64,000 bases of DNA from Tetramitus jugosus (taxonomy: Eukaryota; Protista; Heterolobosea). This document shows positions 41,066 to 51,700 of this stretch, piece by piece; position 1 is the first letter of the stretch; every line of letters begins with the position of its first letter. The stretch lies in assembly GCA_937625935.1 (NCBI GenBank), contig OW569359.1:469597-533596 (forward strand), read 5' to 3'. The translations under genes and the position numbers were made by a program. Below the pieces are notes generated by a model. The model was not told the origin of the DNA and did no database searches. It saw only the letters and a program-made list of their open reading frames with translations.

Positions 41066-42544
41066 TCAAGAAACTTTGTATTTTCGTTTGAGGAGTTCTC
41101 TCTCGACGCGCACTCCTTTTGTTTTGAGCACTTCACGTTTGCGAACAACTTCTAACAAGATCCGAAGTCTCTCCAAGTCTTGTCTCAGCTTGAACATGCG
41201 TTGATATTCATCTTCCATCTCAAGTACTCTCTCGCTCCTTCGATTCTCAACAAAGATGCCCGGTTGTAGGTTGGAGAGCGTTTCCAATGATTTTGAGTCG
41301 AGCTCTTCAAGTGTGTGCTCCTTGCTCTTCAACATCAAGTTTTTCCTGAAATGCCGGAGCACTGCAAAACAATCACCTTCCGATAATGTTATATTACACA
41401 AGATGCATGTGTCCATCACACTGGCCACAGACAGCGTACTTGTGTGAGCAATTGATAATCGGCTCATGACTGCCATAATTGCTTCAAATTCCAACTCACT
41501 CAGCCGAATTTGATTCTGCTTCATGAATCGCTTATCGTCCTCTGTTAAATCATACTCCAGGGACATGTTGTACTCTGGTATTTCATAACGGATATAGTGT
41601 CTAGGTCGCTTAAAATCAGGCTTAATAAATGCAAAAGTGCTCACTAGTTCACTCGTCATATCCTTGCTCTCTGTTTCTTGTTCTGTCTCTGTAGCTGGTG
41701 TTTGGATGTGAGACGATTGTCGCAATCTCTTTGACCGTCGCAAATGTTCCGTATCGTCACTATTAGCTCCTTCATCCTCACCACCATTGTCTTCACTACC
41801 GTTCAATGACGCATCAAACGTATTATTGTACGAGTAAGATCTTCTTCTCCTTCGTCTCTTTCTCTGTGGAGTTTGACTCTCACTTGTTCCTTCGCGAGAA
41901 ACATCACCACCATTGGTTTGTTTGGCATGAACATTGCTTTTCACCTTGTTCTCTTGATCATATTTCACAGCTGCTGTAGCTCCACCATCACAGACACGAC
42001 CACCACGGGTATAGTATGATGGAATGACGCGAAAATTGGGAATCATGATCACTTCTGATTTTGCACTTTCTTTCGTGCTCGCATCATCAGTTGTCGTAGA
42101 GCTCGTTTTCTCAGTTTTTGAGTCATGTGGCAACAACAAATCACTACCAGCAAACATGGCACCTTGGTGTGGAGCTCTCGTGGGTGTAGTTGAGCTCGTG
42201 GGATACGAAAGATCATCCGTTCCATCACCAGTCAAGAAATGCAAATCATGTTCACTGATCTGATTTCCCTTGAGCTTTGTAGCAAAATTGGCATGATACT
42301 TGTGAATCCGTTTCCGTAGCGCGTCAGTATCGGATAAATCTTTTGGTCGGAATATTAGAACTGTTCTGTCGAAATTGAGTCGTTTGACGTTACGAGATCG
42401 GGTGGATGGAGTCGTTGGAGTGGCTGGTGGATCACCAGACACTGCCAAACTGCTTGTTGGAGTAGAAGCAACAGAGACACCTGGGTGATTGGAGTTTGAG
42501 GTTGTGATTGAGATGGAGGGAGTCGTGGAGGTTGAAGCGGTCAT
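41066..42544 (-). CDS. Enhancer-of-polycomb-like (EPC/BRPF family) HAT scaffold protein
   Basis: EPC-I 'RPRHYIRY...EYDLTEDDKRFM....LSELEFEAIM' and EPC-II 'LRQDLERLRILLEVVRKREVLK'; first ATG at 42544. Confidence 0.78.
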   Translation of the reverse strand: MTASTSTTPSISITTSNSNHPGVSVASTPTSSLAVSGDPPATPTTPSTRSRNVKRLNFDRTVLIFRPKDLSDTDALRKRIHKYHANFATKLKGNQISEHDLHFLTGDGTDDLSYPTSSTTPTRAPHQGAMFAGSDLLLPHDSKTEKTSSTTTDDASTKESAKSEVIMIPNFRVIPSYYTRGGRVCDGGATAAVKYDQENKVKSNVHAKQTNGGDVSREGTSESQTPQRKRRRRRRSYSYNNTFDASLNGSEDNGGEDEGANSDDTEHLRRSKRLRQSSHIQTPATETEQETESKDMTSELVSTFAFIKPDFKRPRHYIRYEIPEYNMSLEYDLTEDDKRFMKQNQIRLSELEFEAIMAVMSRLSIAHTSTLSVASVMDTCILCNITLSEGDCFAVLRHFRKNLMLKSKEHTLEELDSKSLETLSNLQPGIFVENRRSERVLEMEDEYQRMFKLRQDLERLRILLEVVRKREVLKTKGVRVERELLKRKYKVS

Positions 42545-42700
42545 ACCGGAGGAGTAGGAGAGGGATATTCTGATCGGTGGATTATTTTTTTTTGAATGTT
42601 GGGAACCGTTGAAATTTCTTGTTTGAACCACACATAAAGTGGACGAGAAGAAATGTCGATTGTATTTTTGGTTTTGTGCAGTTGTTGCTCGGTTTTGGTT

Positions 42701-44047
42701 TTATTGAGAAGCACCAGCTGCCCTGTACCAACGATGATTCTTGACTTGAGCAATGGTGAAGCGCTTGGTAGGATCTGGATGGAAAATATTGGCCAACAAG
42801 TCCCGGCAGTCCTCACTCAGACACTCTTCTTCCTCGAGTGGAACAGTGAATGAGCCTGTCATGATTCGATCAGCTCCCCTAAAGGGCATGTAACCAGTGA
42901 GCATCTTGTAGAGACAAACACCAGCGCTCCAAACGTCCAACTCTGGACCAACGTACCACTCTCTCTTGTGTACCTCTGGACTCAAGTACATTGCTGATCC
43001 CATGTATTGATTGGATGTGAGCTTTCCTGGTGTGAACCGGGTAGACAATCCAAAGTCACAAATCTTAATCTTCTTGTCATTCATGACACAAATGTTTTGC
43101 AATTGTAGGTCACGATGAGCAATGTGATGCTTCTTGTGCAAGTGATCCAGTGCATCAACAATTTGAACAAAGTAGGAATGAGCTTGTTCCTCTGATAAAT
43201 CGTCTACTAACTCCTCATATGTGGACTCCAGAGATCCATTCTCACAATACTCAAACACCATGTACAGTGTTGGTTGGCCATTGTGTTCTTCCAATACAAT
43301 ATCAAACAATTGAATAATATTGTCATGGAAATCGGTTGCCATTTGTTTTAGCAACCGACATTCATCTTCCACAAAGCTCAACTCTCCAGCATTGTATGCC
43401 ATTTGGAGACTCAGTTCCTTGATGGCCACCTTTTGTAAAGTTTTTCGGTTTCGCGCCAAATACACCCGTCCAAATGTTCCGCTTCCAATCTCTTTCTCTA
43501 CAGTGTACAAGTCACCAATGGTTTGCTCTATTTGTTCTCCATTGGCCGCCGTGTTGCTCATGATTGGAGATTGTCTTTCAAGCAGAACTCGTTCCAAAAA
43601 ACAGCTCTGATCCACCAAGTGCAGAATTGACTTTGGAGAATACAGTGTATGGACGACAAAGTGCAGAGCTTGATCAATGAGCTTCTTCTGCTGTTTTTGT
43701 TGCATTCCATAGTTACTAAGAATAATACCCTTCTTGTTGTTCCTATTGTTATTTGTTGCGCAATGCAACTGGTTCCTCTCTGATTTACTGCTTGCTGCTT
43801 CACTTCCTACTAGACAATAGGAAGAGCTTGTCGTGGTTGTGGTTGTTGTGGTTGTGCTGCTAGTGATCGTAGTAGTCATTGTTGTAGATGATGCAGTAGT
43901 TGCAATGGTGGTGGGTGCGGTAGTAGTGGTGGATGATGATGTATTGGAAGTATTATTGGTATTGTTGTTATGGTTTGGGTATAGGGCATTGAGGAAATGG
44001 AGGGCAGGAACCGGTTCATAAACAAAGTAAGTATCTGTCATTGTCAT
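42701..44047 (-). CDS. Ser/Thr protein kinase, CAMK group (MARK/AMPK-like)
   Basis: 'IGSGTFG', 'VAIK', 'HRDLQLQN', 'DFG', 'YLSPE', 'YVGPELDVWSAGV'. Confidence 0.92.
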   Translation of the reverse strand: MTMTDTYFVYEPVPALHFLNALYPNHNNNTNNTSNTSSSTTTTAPTTIATTASSTTMTTTITSSTTTTTTTTTSSSYCLVGSEAASSKSERNQLHCATNNNRNNKKGIILSNYGMQQKQQKKLIDQALHFVVHTLYSPKSILHLVDQSCFLERVLLERQSPIMSNTAANGEQIEQTIGDLYTVEKEIGSGTFGRVYLARNRKTLQKVAIKELSLQMAYNAGELSFVEDECRLLKQMATDFHDNIIQLFDIVLEEHNGQPTLYMVFEYCENGSLESTYEELVDDLSEEQAHSYFVQIVDALDHLHKKHHIAHRDLQLQNICVMNDKKIKICDFGLSTRFTPGKLTSNQYMGSAMYLSPEVHKREWYVGPELDVWSAGVCLYKMLTGYMPFRGADRIMTGSFTVPLEEEECLSEDCRDLLANIFHPDPTKRFTIAQVKNHRWYRAAGASQ

Positions 44048-44750
44048 TTATGATATTATTATTATTGTTGTAGATGGACCAGTTTGAAGAATGAATATTA
44101 TGGAGGTGGAGAGAATCAGAACAAACGAATGCACAAGTAGTTCAAAGCTTGAAGGAGAGAACCAAGGTACTTGGACTTTTGAGTTTCGTTGGTAGTGATG
44201 GGAAGAGTTTTGTGCTTGTTGCTGTGGTAAAAAAATTTTGGGCTTCTGAACAGAGTGGTCTCTGGCACACGTTGGCTGTTGTTGCCAAAGTCCCGGTTTT
44301 GACTTGCCGATAAAAATAAAGCCTGTGCATCGAATTTGATTGAGTTTGGGCGACGGATCCCTTCCGATGTCTTGGATAGGTTATTTTCATGATACCGCAC
44401 AAGGAATTTCATGACACCGATGGTGTTTTATGTTAAGTGGTCAACCTGATTTACAACATAATTGTCATTGTTTGGGTCGATCAAATAAGAAGTGTAAAAA
44501 TTGTAAGTCACTTGACAATGATCACTTAACCAAAGCGCAAGACCCGCGATCAATACCAATTTCTCCCTGTTATTATTAACAAGTGAAATGTGAGTTGCAA
44601 TAATGGTATTCAGGTTCCCGTGACTCTTCATTCAAAACAATCGATCCCGGAAACACTTTATCACCATTCACACAAAACACAACACGATCATCTGATCTCA
44701 CTCATTGGTACTCATTTCTTATTTGCTTATTGTAGTTCATTCATATCACC

Positions 44751-46490
44751 ATGGTAGAAACAAAGGAAGATACATTGTTAGATAAAGCGTCTGACATGGT
44801 AAAAAGAGGTGTAGAGACAGTAAAAGAGGTAACTGGAGCAACAAAGAACTTCAACTATGACTATGATAAAACAATGACCAACCAGTTTGGTATTCCTGTG
44901 ACAGATGACAACAATTCCTTGACATTTGGTTCTCCTGGTCCAATTCTCATCCAAGATTTCCAGTTGTTGCACAAGTTGCAGCACTTTAATCGTGAGAGAA
45001 TTCCCGAAAGAGTCGTTCATGCGCTTGGTTCGGGAGCTTATGGAACCTTCAAGGTGACTCATGACATTTCTCAGTACACAAAAGCTGAATTCTTGAATGG
45101 AGTTGGGAAGGAAACACCGCTATTCATCCGTTTCAGTAATGTATCGTCGGACCGAGGCTCTCCAGATGTTGTCCGTGATGTCCGAGGTTTCTCCATCAAG
45201 TTTTATACACGAGAGGGAAACAATGATTGGGTGTTCAACAACACTCCACTCTTCTTCATCAGAGACAGCTATCAGTTTGTTGACTTTATTCACACCCAGA
45301 AGCGACACCCTGTCACTAACCTGTCCAAGCACACTTTCCCACAAACCAATGCACAGTGGGACTTTTGGTCCAAAGTTCCAGAGTCAATCCACCAAGTGAC
45401 TCAGTTGTTCTCTGACAGAGGTACTCCTTACAGTCATCGACACATCAATGGATACAGCGGCCATGCTTACAAATTTGTGAACAAGGACGGAGAAGCGGTT
45501 TGGGTCAAGATTCACATCAAGACCGATCAAGGAATTAAGAATCTGACGGACGATGAGAGCAGAATCCTGGCCGGTAGAGATCCAGACCATCAAACAAGAG
45601 ACTTGTTTGAAGCAATCGACCGTGGCGAGTTCCCATCATGGACCTGTTACCTTCAGGTCATGACACTCGATCAGGCCAACACCTATCCTCATGATCCATT
45701 CGATATTACTAAAGTTTGGTACCACAAGGATTTCCCATTGATTCCTTTCGGTAAGATTGTCTTGAACAAGAATCCTGACAATTATTTCCAAGAAGTGGAA
45801 CAATCTGCCTTCGCTCCAAGTACAATGGTACCTGGAATTGAACCTAGCCCAGACAAAGTTCTCCAGTCCAGAATGTTCGGTTACCATGATGCTCATTTGT
45901 ATCGTCTTGGAGTTAACTATCATCAGATCCCTGTCAACTCTGCCAAGAGAGCTCAAGTGAACACAATTTCCTTCAGAGATGGTCTCATGTGCACTTCGAA
46001 CAATCAACCATTTGTTGAAAATTATCAACCCAATAGAAACAAGAATGCTCCAACTGATCAACCTGAACAACTCAAGAATCATCCAACAAATGGTATTGAC
46101 CTCAAGAAGTGGAATTGTGACGTTTCTCGAGAGGGAGAACTGCTCAGAAGACAACAACACAAGAAGGATGATGACTTTATCCAATGTAGAAAGATGTTTG
46201 CCGAAGTGTTCAATGATGGAGAACGAGAGAGGTTGACCTACAATATTGCCTGTAGTCTGGGCTTGGCCGATGAGGACTTGCAGAAAGAAATGTTAAAGGT
46301 CTTCTACAATGTACATGAACAATATGGTCAAATGGTTGAAAAGGAGCTCGAAAAAGGAAAGAAGAAGAGAGAAGCAGCCATGTCCAAGAAAGACCCTATT
46401 TACAAGGAAACCAAAGGAGGAGACAAGGAGAAAGTGGCTCACACCTTCCATCCAACCATGAGCAACCTTCACCCATCCGATGCCAAGTAA
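44751..46490 (+). CDS. CAT: Monofunctional heme catalase
   Basis: 'FNRERIPERVVHA', 'DVRGFSIKFYT.EGN', 'RMFGYHDAHLYRLG' (proximal Tyr). Confidence 0.98.
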   Translation: MVETKEDTLLDKASDMVKRGVETVKEVTGATKNFNYDYDKTMTNQFGIPVTDDNNSLTFGSPGPILIQDFQLLHKLQHFNRERIPERVVHALGSGAYGTFKVTHDISQYTKAEFLNGVGKETPLFIRFSNVSSDRGSPDVVRDVRGFSIKFYTREGNNDWVFNNTPLFFIRDSYQFVDFIHTQKRHPVTNLSKHTFPQTNAQWDFWSKVPESIHQVTQLFSDRGTPYSHRHINGYSGHAYKFVNKDGEAVWVKIHIKTDQGIKNLTDDESRILAGRDPDHQTRDLFEAIDRGEFPSWTCYLQVMTLDQANTYPHDPFDITKVWYHKDFPLIPFGKIVLNKNPDNYFQEVEQSAFAPSTMVPGIEPSPDKVLQSRMFGYHDAHLYRLGVNYHQIPVNSAKRAQVNTISFRDGLMCTSNNQPFVENYQPNRNKNAPTDQPEQLKNHPTNGIDLKKWNCDVSREGELLRRQQHKKDDDFIQCRKMFAEVFNDGERERLTYNIACSLGLADEDLQKEMLKVFYNVHEQYGQMVEKELEKGKKKREAAMSKKDPIYKETKGGDKEKVAHTFHPTMSNLHPSDAK

Positions 46491-46594
46491 GTCATCAAAC
46501 GACACACCACAACACGACACTATTTGTATATACGTTAATCAAAAATACAACCACAACACATTGAATAAAGAATCAGTAACGCAAGTGTTTCAAT

Positions 46595-47479
46595 TTATAA
46601 TGAAATGTTTTCATTGAGTCTCTTGACGCACTTTGCCATCTCCACATCTTCAGAATACATGCAATCGATAGCCGTCTTTTGTGGATCTCTCGACATGCAC
46701 TTCTTGATGGCATCAGCACACAGAGTCGCATTGACACAACCATTGAACATCTCATATCGATACACACCGTTCACCATGTTTTGAATATGAAGTTCAGCAG
46801 GTGATCCATCACTTGACCTCACTGGTGCATACTCTGCACAAGGTCCATTCATCGCTTTATTAAACTTTTGTTGCACTTGGTCTTGATTGTCCGTGTCTGG
46901 TGAGATGGAACATGTGGACTCTTGAGCCATGTGATCCCATGATGACAAGACAGATTTGAGAACGTTTGGATCTCTGAGTCGATCCACTCTCTGGGCATAC
47001 TCTTGTGCCAATTTTGGCGAAAGACATTGTCGTGTCGCTTGCAACACCTTGAAATCTTCGTCATGTACCGGAGAATTATTCTGTAGTTTTTCCAGATAGC
47101 GGGCAAAGTCGGAGAGAAAATCAGTCGGAGAATCAGAACCCTTGGTTTTCATGCATTCACCAAACGATTTATCCAAGTAGGAAAAGGTACAAACAGTCAT
47201 GAATTGAACCAATCTTGGGTCTTCTGGTTGTTGAAGCAGAGCTTGAGCAAAGTGACTACAAGGCCCCTCTTCATTCAAGTATTGTTGTCTATAGAAAAAT
47301 TCTCTTTCACTATCATAAGACTTGAAATTTTAGATGTGTTTTGTTCTCTCGTGATACATGTTTGGTGTTGGAGTGAAAAGAAAAAGTGAATCGTTTTACC
47401 TCCAGTCAGAAATGTTGTGTTGGGCAGGGATGTCATTTGGAATTTCTTCATTGTTGTTGGTAGATGAGGAATTGCCCAT
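46595..47479 (-). CDS. Putative N-myristoylated Cys-rich helical protein; exons 47479-47400 and 47288-46595
   Basis: MGNSSS start; intron gtaaaa...ctatag (47399-47289) joins in frame to the 227-codon ORF; two 'GPC' segments. Confidence 0.7.
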
Positions 47480-47655
47480 TGTTGTTGTTTCGATCGTTGT
47501 GTCGTGTTTTGCTTTTTGTTGGGATCTCGGCTGAAGTGGTTTATGTGAAATCGGAAGAATGGATTGATTTGCCCTGACATGAGTAGGATAAATTTGCAAG
47601 TTCGATTCCAGTCGCGACTTGAACAATGATCAATCCCGACAACAAAAAAACAATC

Positions 47656-48300
47656 ATGGAAAAGGAACATCAAGCATCATTGAGGTACACCATTGCACAA
47701 TTATGTGAACAAATGGAATCACAGGCCAATGTCTCCTTTGACAAATTTTATGTCTCGGCTCTGACTCAAATTGCCTATGATTTCATTTTGACTTGTTTCG
47801 GACCGGACTTATTTTACGCGGCGCAATTTCGAAACGGACAACTGAACTCTATTTCACCGCCTTCCTTGTCTACGGGAAAAAAGAAGAAAAGCTCCGCGGT
47901 GACTGTGGAAGCTCATGATGTTCTCTTCCAAAGCAGAAGAAACCAAGTGCTCAATGATCATTTGGTTCAAATCTTGACTCGCTTATTAAAGGACAACCAT
48001 CGACACAAGAGGACAAAGAAGGGACAAAACCAGAAGAGTACTCATCGTCATCATCATACGAACGACCATGATGAGAACGAAGATTACGAAGAAAAAGAGG
48101 ATGATAATTTAGAGGCATATGATGAATTCTCAGTCGGTGACGAGGATGACGAAGAACAAGTACAACAAGAACACGTACATGTGGACAATGATGAGAATGA
48201 TGATTATTGTGATATAGATTTGAGATCTGTTGTGGTCAGTAGGAATCGTGATAGTAACAAAATTCAAAAAAGAGTCAAACAAACAGACAAGAGCACTTGA
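47656..48300 (+). CDS. CENPS: CENP-S/MHF1 histone-fold protein with basic and acidic C-terminal extension
   Basis: 'ASLRYTIAQLCE....VSF....SAL', 'DL..AQ', 'TVEAHDVLFQSRRN..L'; the tail may continue in another frame to 48668. Confidence 0.75.
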   Translation: MEKEHQASLRYTIAQLCEQMESQANVSFDKFYVSALTQIAYDFILTCFGPDLFYAAQFRNGQLNSISPPSLSTGKKKKSSAVTVEAHDVLFQSRRNQVLNDHLVQILTRLLKDNHRHKRTKKGQNQKSTHRHHHTNDHDENEDYEEKEDDNLEAYDEFSVGDEDDEEQVQQEHVHVDNDENDDYCDIDLRSVVVSRNRDSNKIQKRVKQTDKST

Positions 48301-48763
48301 ATGAGAGTGGAGCTTCAGTAGTCGTTTCTTCGAACATTGCCAGCATGAACAAGAGAAAACGGAGTAGACAGATTCTAGATGATGACGATGAAAGCAATGA
48401 GGACTCAAATGCTCAAAGCAAGAACAGCAATCACAGGACGCGTAGTACAACAACAGAGAAAAAGTTTCGAGGAGAGGCGAGTAAGCAAACGATGGTAGCA
48501 ACAACAACGACAAGTGATCAACACTCCGAGAGCTCCAAAACCAAAAAACCCAAAGTTTCAGTACTCTCTGGTGCTTTGACGACAAGTAGCAAAGTGGGAT
48601 TGAAGATTCGAAAGCAAAGAGTTATGTCATCGGGTAGCGATGAGGATGATGATGATCTCAAGTGCTAGCACAACAATAAATGACCTCCCCACCGTGAAGT
48701 TTGATGTCAAAGATTTGGTATTGGATTAAGTGTATTTCAAACTCGGTTTTATTAACACACAGC

Positions 48764-51700
48764 TTATGCTGCACCTTCCATGGCCACATTAGTGATAGGA
48801 GTCTTGAAAGCGAGTGCAGCTGGGAGTCCAACTCTGTAAGCAATATTGTTGTAAGAAACAGACTGCACAAAGAGAGTTGTGTAGGAACTTGACGTGTACG
48901 CCTTGGCAGCATTGCTGAGAATGTACTTGCCGGTACTCGTGTAAAGTCTGAGGTTGGTCCATGTCTTAATATTACCAGAACTGACAGTGAAAGTGAATGT
49001 GACACTTGGGACAGAATCTGAGGAAGCATAAAGAATACCATCACTTGCAACAGTGACATATTTTTGCGTGGCCAAACTCCACAAGCTAAAGTATGAGGAT
49101 GAATAAGTGAGCTTTGTACCGAAGCTACCACAATTGGTAATCTGGAACAAGTTTCCACGGTTATCAGATGGGTTGAAGTCGACATCAGTCAACTTAATGG
49201 TTGAAGATGTGTCCTGAACGAACCAATTGTTGGTGCTCTGAGAGATACCGATTATTTGACCGCAGTACAATTGAATTTCAGCTGTTTCAGTGAAAATCTT
49301 GGAAGGAGTTGATGTATCAACCAAATCACAACTTTGAGATTGAATGGTCTCGACAATTGTGTTCAACTGATTCCAATCAACAGCCAAAGACAAACTTGAA
49401 TCGTATGACAAATCGCCAATCAAGTCTCTTGCAGACTTGTTGCTCAAGAATGGACCAACACCAATGGACATGATTCTCCAGTATCCAAGTTCATGTCCTG
49501 GTTTTCTACTGTTGATTCTGAGTGATTCTGTCAATACATCACCACATGGATTACATTTGAGTGGATTTCCTGAGCTGCAGTCAGAACAAGTTCTTGAAGG
49601 GTAGCGAGTACTCTTGCACTTTTCAGCGTTTCCAATATGAGCAGCACTATTACAATTAGAGCAACTGCAAGGAACGTTAGGCTCACCATCGAAGATAGTA
49701 ATAATCATCTTTGGAATTTCAGGTCCTCTTCCGGCTAGCAAGAGTTGCTCAGCTCTCAATACAGCACTTCTGATGTTGGTGGAGCCTTGTGGCCATTTCA
49801 AATTGTTGATGGCAGTATTCACTGTACTTCTGACACCAGATAAGGCTAGACGAGTGTCTACACCACCATCGAACAGAACAATACCAACTTGAACTTGAGT
49901 GTCACCTGTACCGATGTCAAGTGGAGCTACAATATCTCTCACAAAGCTGACCATAGAATTGAAGTTGCTGGCACCAACCGAGCCAGAACCATCGAGAACA
50001 AAAACAATGTCAAGTGGTTTCACACAAGTACACTTCTGGAATCTCACGTCAAGAATAGCGTATCCCTTTTGGGCAGGATCTTGAGCAGAGGTAAATTCAT
50101 ATCTGAAACGTTGTGTTTGACATTCAACTGAAGTTTGACTGAATCTCCAAGTGCCAGATGACGGATTGGTTGGTTGTGTGTTTCCACAGAAACCAGTACT
50201 CGAAGTGCAATCAGCGGAGTTAGTGTAGAATTTGGTGAAGATGAGAGTTCCTCCCAAAGGATCATTGTCATTCAACATAACTTGAGCATCAGTCAAAGAG
50301 AAGAAAGTGCCTTCCTTATGATCAACAGTGATACTTCTACCAACAGCATTCAGACCTTGAGTAGTAATCACAATGTTGACATTCTTTTCGACATAATCTG
50401 AATCAAGGTCAGTAGATCGAACAACAACTTGACAAGTTCCTGATGAGAAGGTGAATGGACGAGTGAAAACAAGTTGCTTGGCAGAGTTAAAGGACACTGA
50501 GATTCCTGTGGTAACAGGAGTAGATCCTGCCTGACAGTTCCAGCTTCTAACACTAAATGTAAGGGCATCACCATCTGGGTCATAGGCACCAGTGACAGAT
50601 TGATAGGCAAGTGAATCAGAATTGGAATCTCTTCTTGCTAACAGGTTCCATGTGTAATCCTTAGAAATAGGAAGTTGACTTGAAACTCTAACAGTTAGAG
50701 TGGCAGAACCAGAAGCACCTACTCCATCTTTTCCAATGAAAGGAACAGTGTGAGTAACACGTGTGCCGGTTGGAGCCTTGAAAGTAAATGTGTTTCCATC
50801 ACGAGTGAGTTGAGATGGAAGAGGATTAGGGGTGGAAATAGTGATTGGGTCATTGTTTCCATCATTGCACTGAACAGTAATACTCTTCGTCTCGCCCTTC
50901 ATTAGCACAAGTTCAGCGTCCTGACACACTGGGGCATCGTTTGTGAATCCGATCGTGGCAGTTGCCTTTTGAGAGTTCACAATACCATCATTGTAAACAA
51001 ACTCAACAGTTTGTGGAGAGGTTGAGTATTCTGAAGCAATTGTGATATCAACATCGAACTGAGTACCAGCCTTCTTTTGACCACCTGATACAACTGTCAA
51101 GGTGAGAGGATCTGAATTACTATCAATAGCAGGAGTGATCATCAATGAATTATCGCCAGTCAAAGTATATCTGCTTACACCGTAGAATCTCTTCAATGAA
51201 ATATTCTTGTCAGAAGCAATCGGAGGAGCATTGGTGAAGGTGAGTTGAATGAGACCTGTTGAAACAGCCTTTCCATCAGTTACATAGTATTTGACAGTCA
51301 ATTTACCTGCTGCCTTACTCGTCAAACCAGGTGTCACAGTAATAACACCTGCGGCATTGACTGTTGCAGCGTCTCCATTGTTAAGGCCATCAAAGTTAGT
51401 TTGGATTGATAAGTTACTCTTGTCCAATACATCATCATCGGTTGCATCAGCCTTTGCTGAAAAAGTGAGTGATGAAACGCTTCTCCAATGGTATCCACCT
51501 GTGTAAGTCTTAGCAACAGGGGCGTTGTTATAAACTTCAATTGTACCCACAGCAACAACATCTTGAATTCCATCAGTCAGAGTGTACGTCAATTTCTCAA
51601 TGCCCAAAGAACTCGTTGGATTGTATACGATTTTAGATGTACCTGAAGGAGAGCTTACTCTACCACTTGTGATAGTTCCCAAACTTGAAGTGATAGACTT

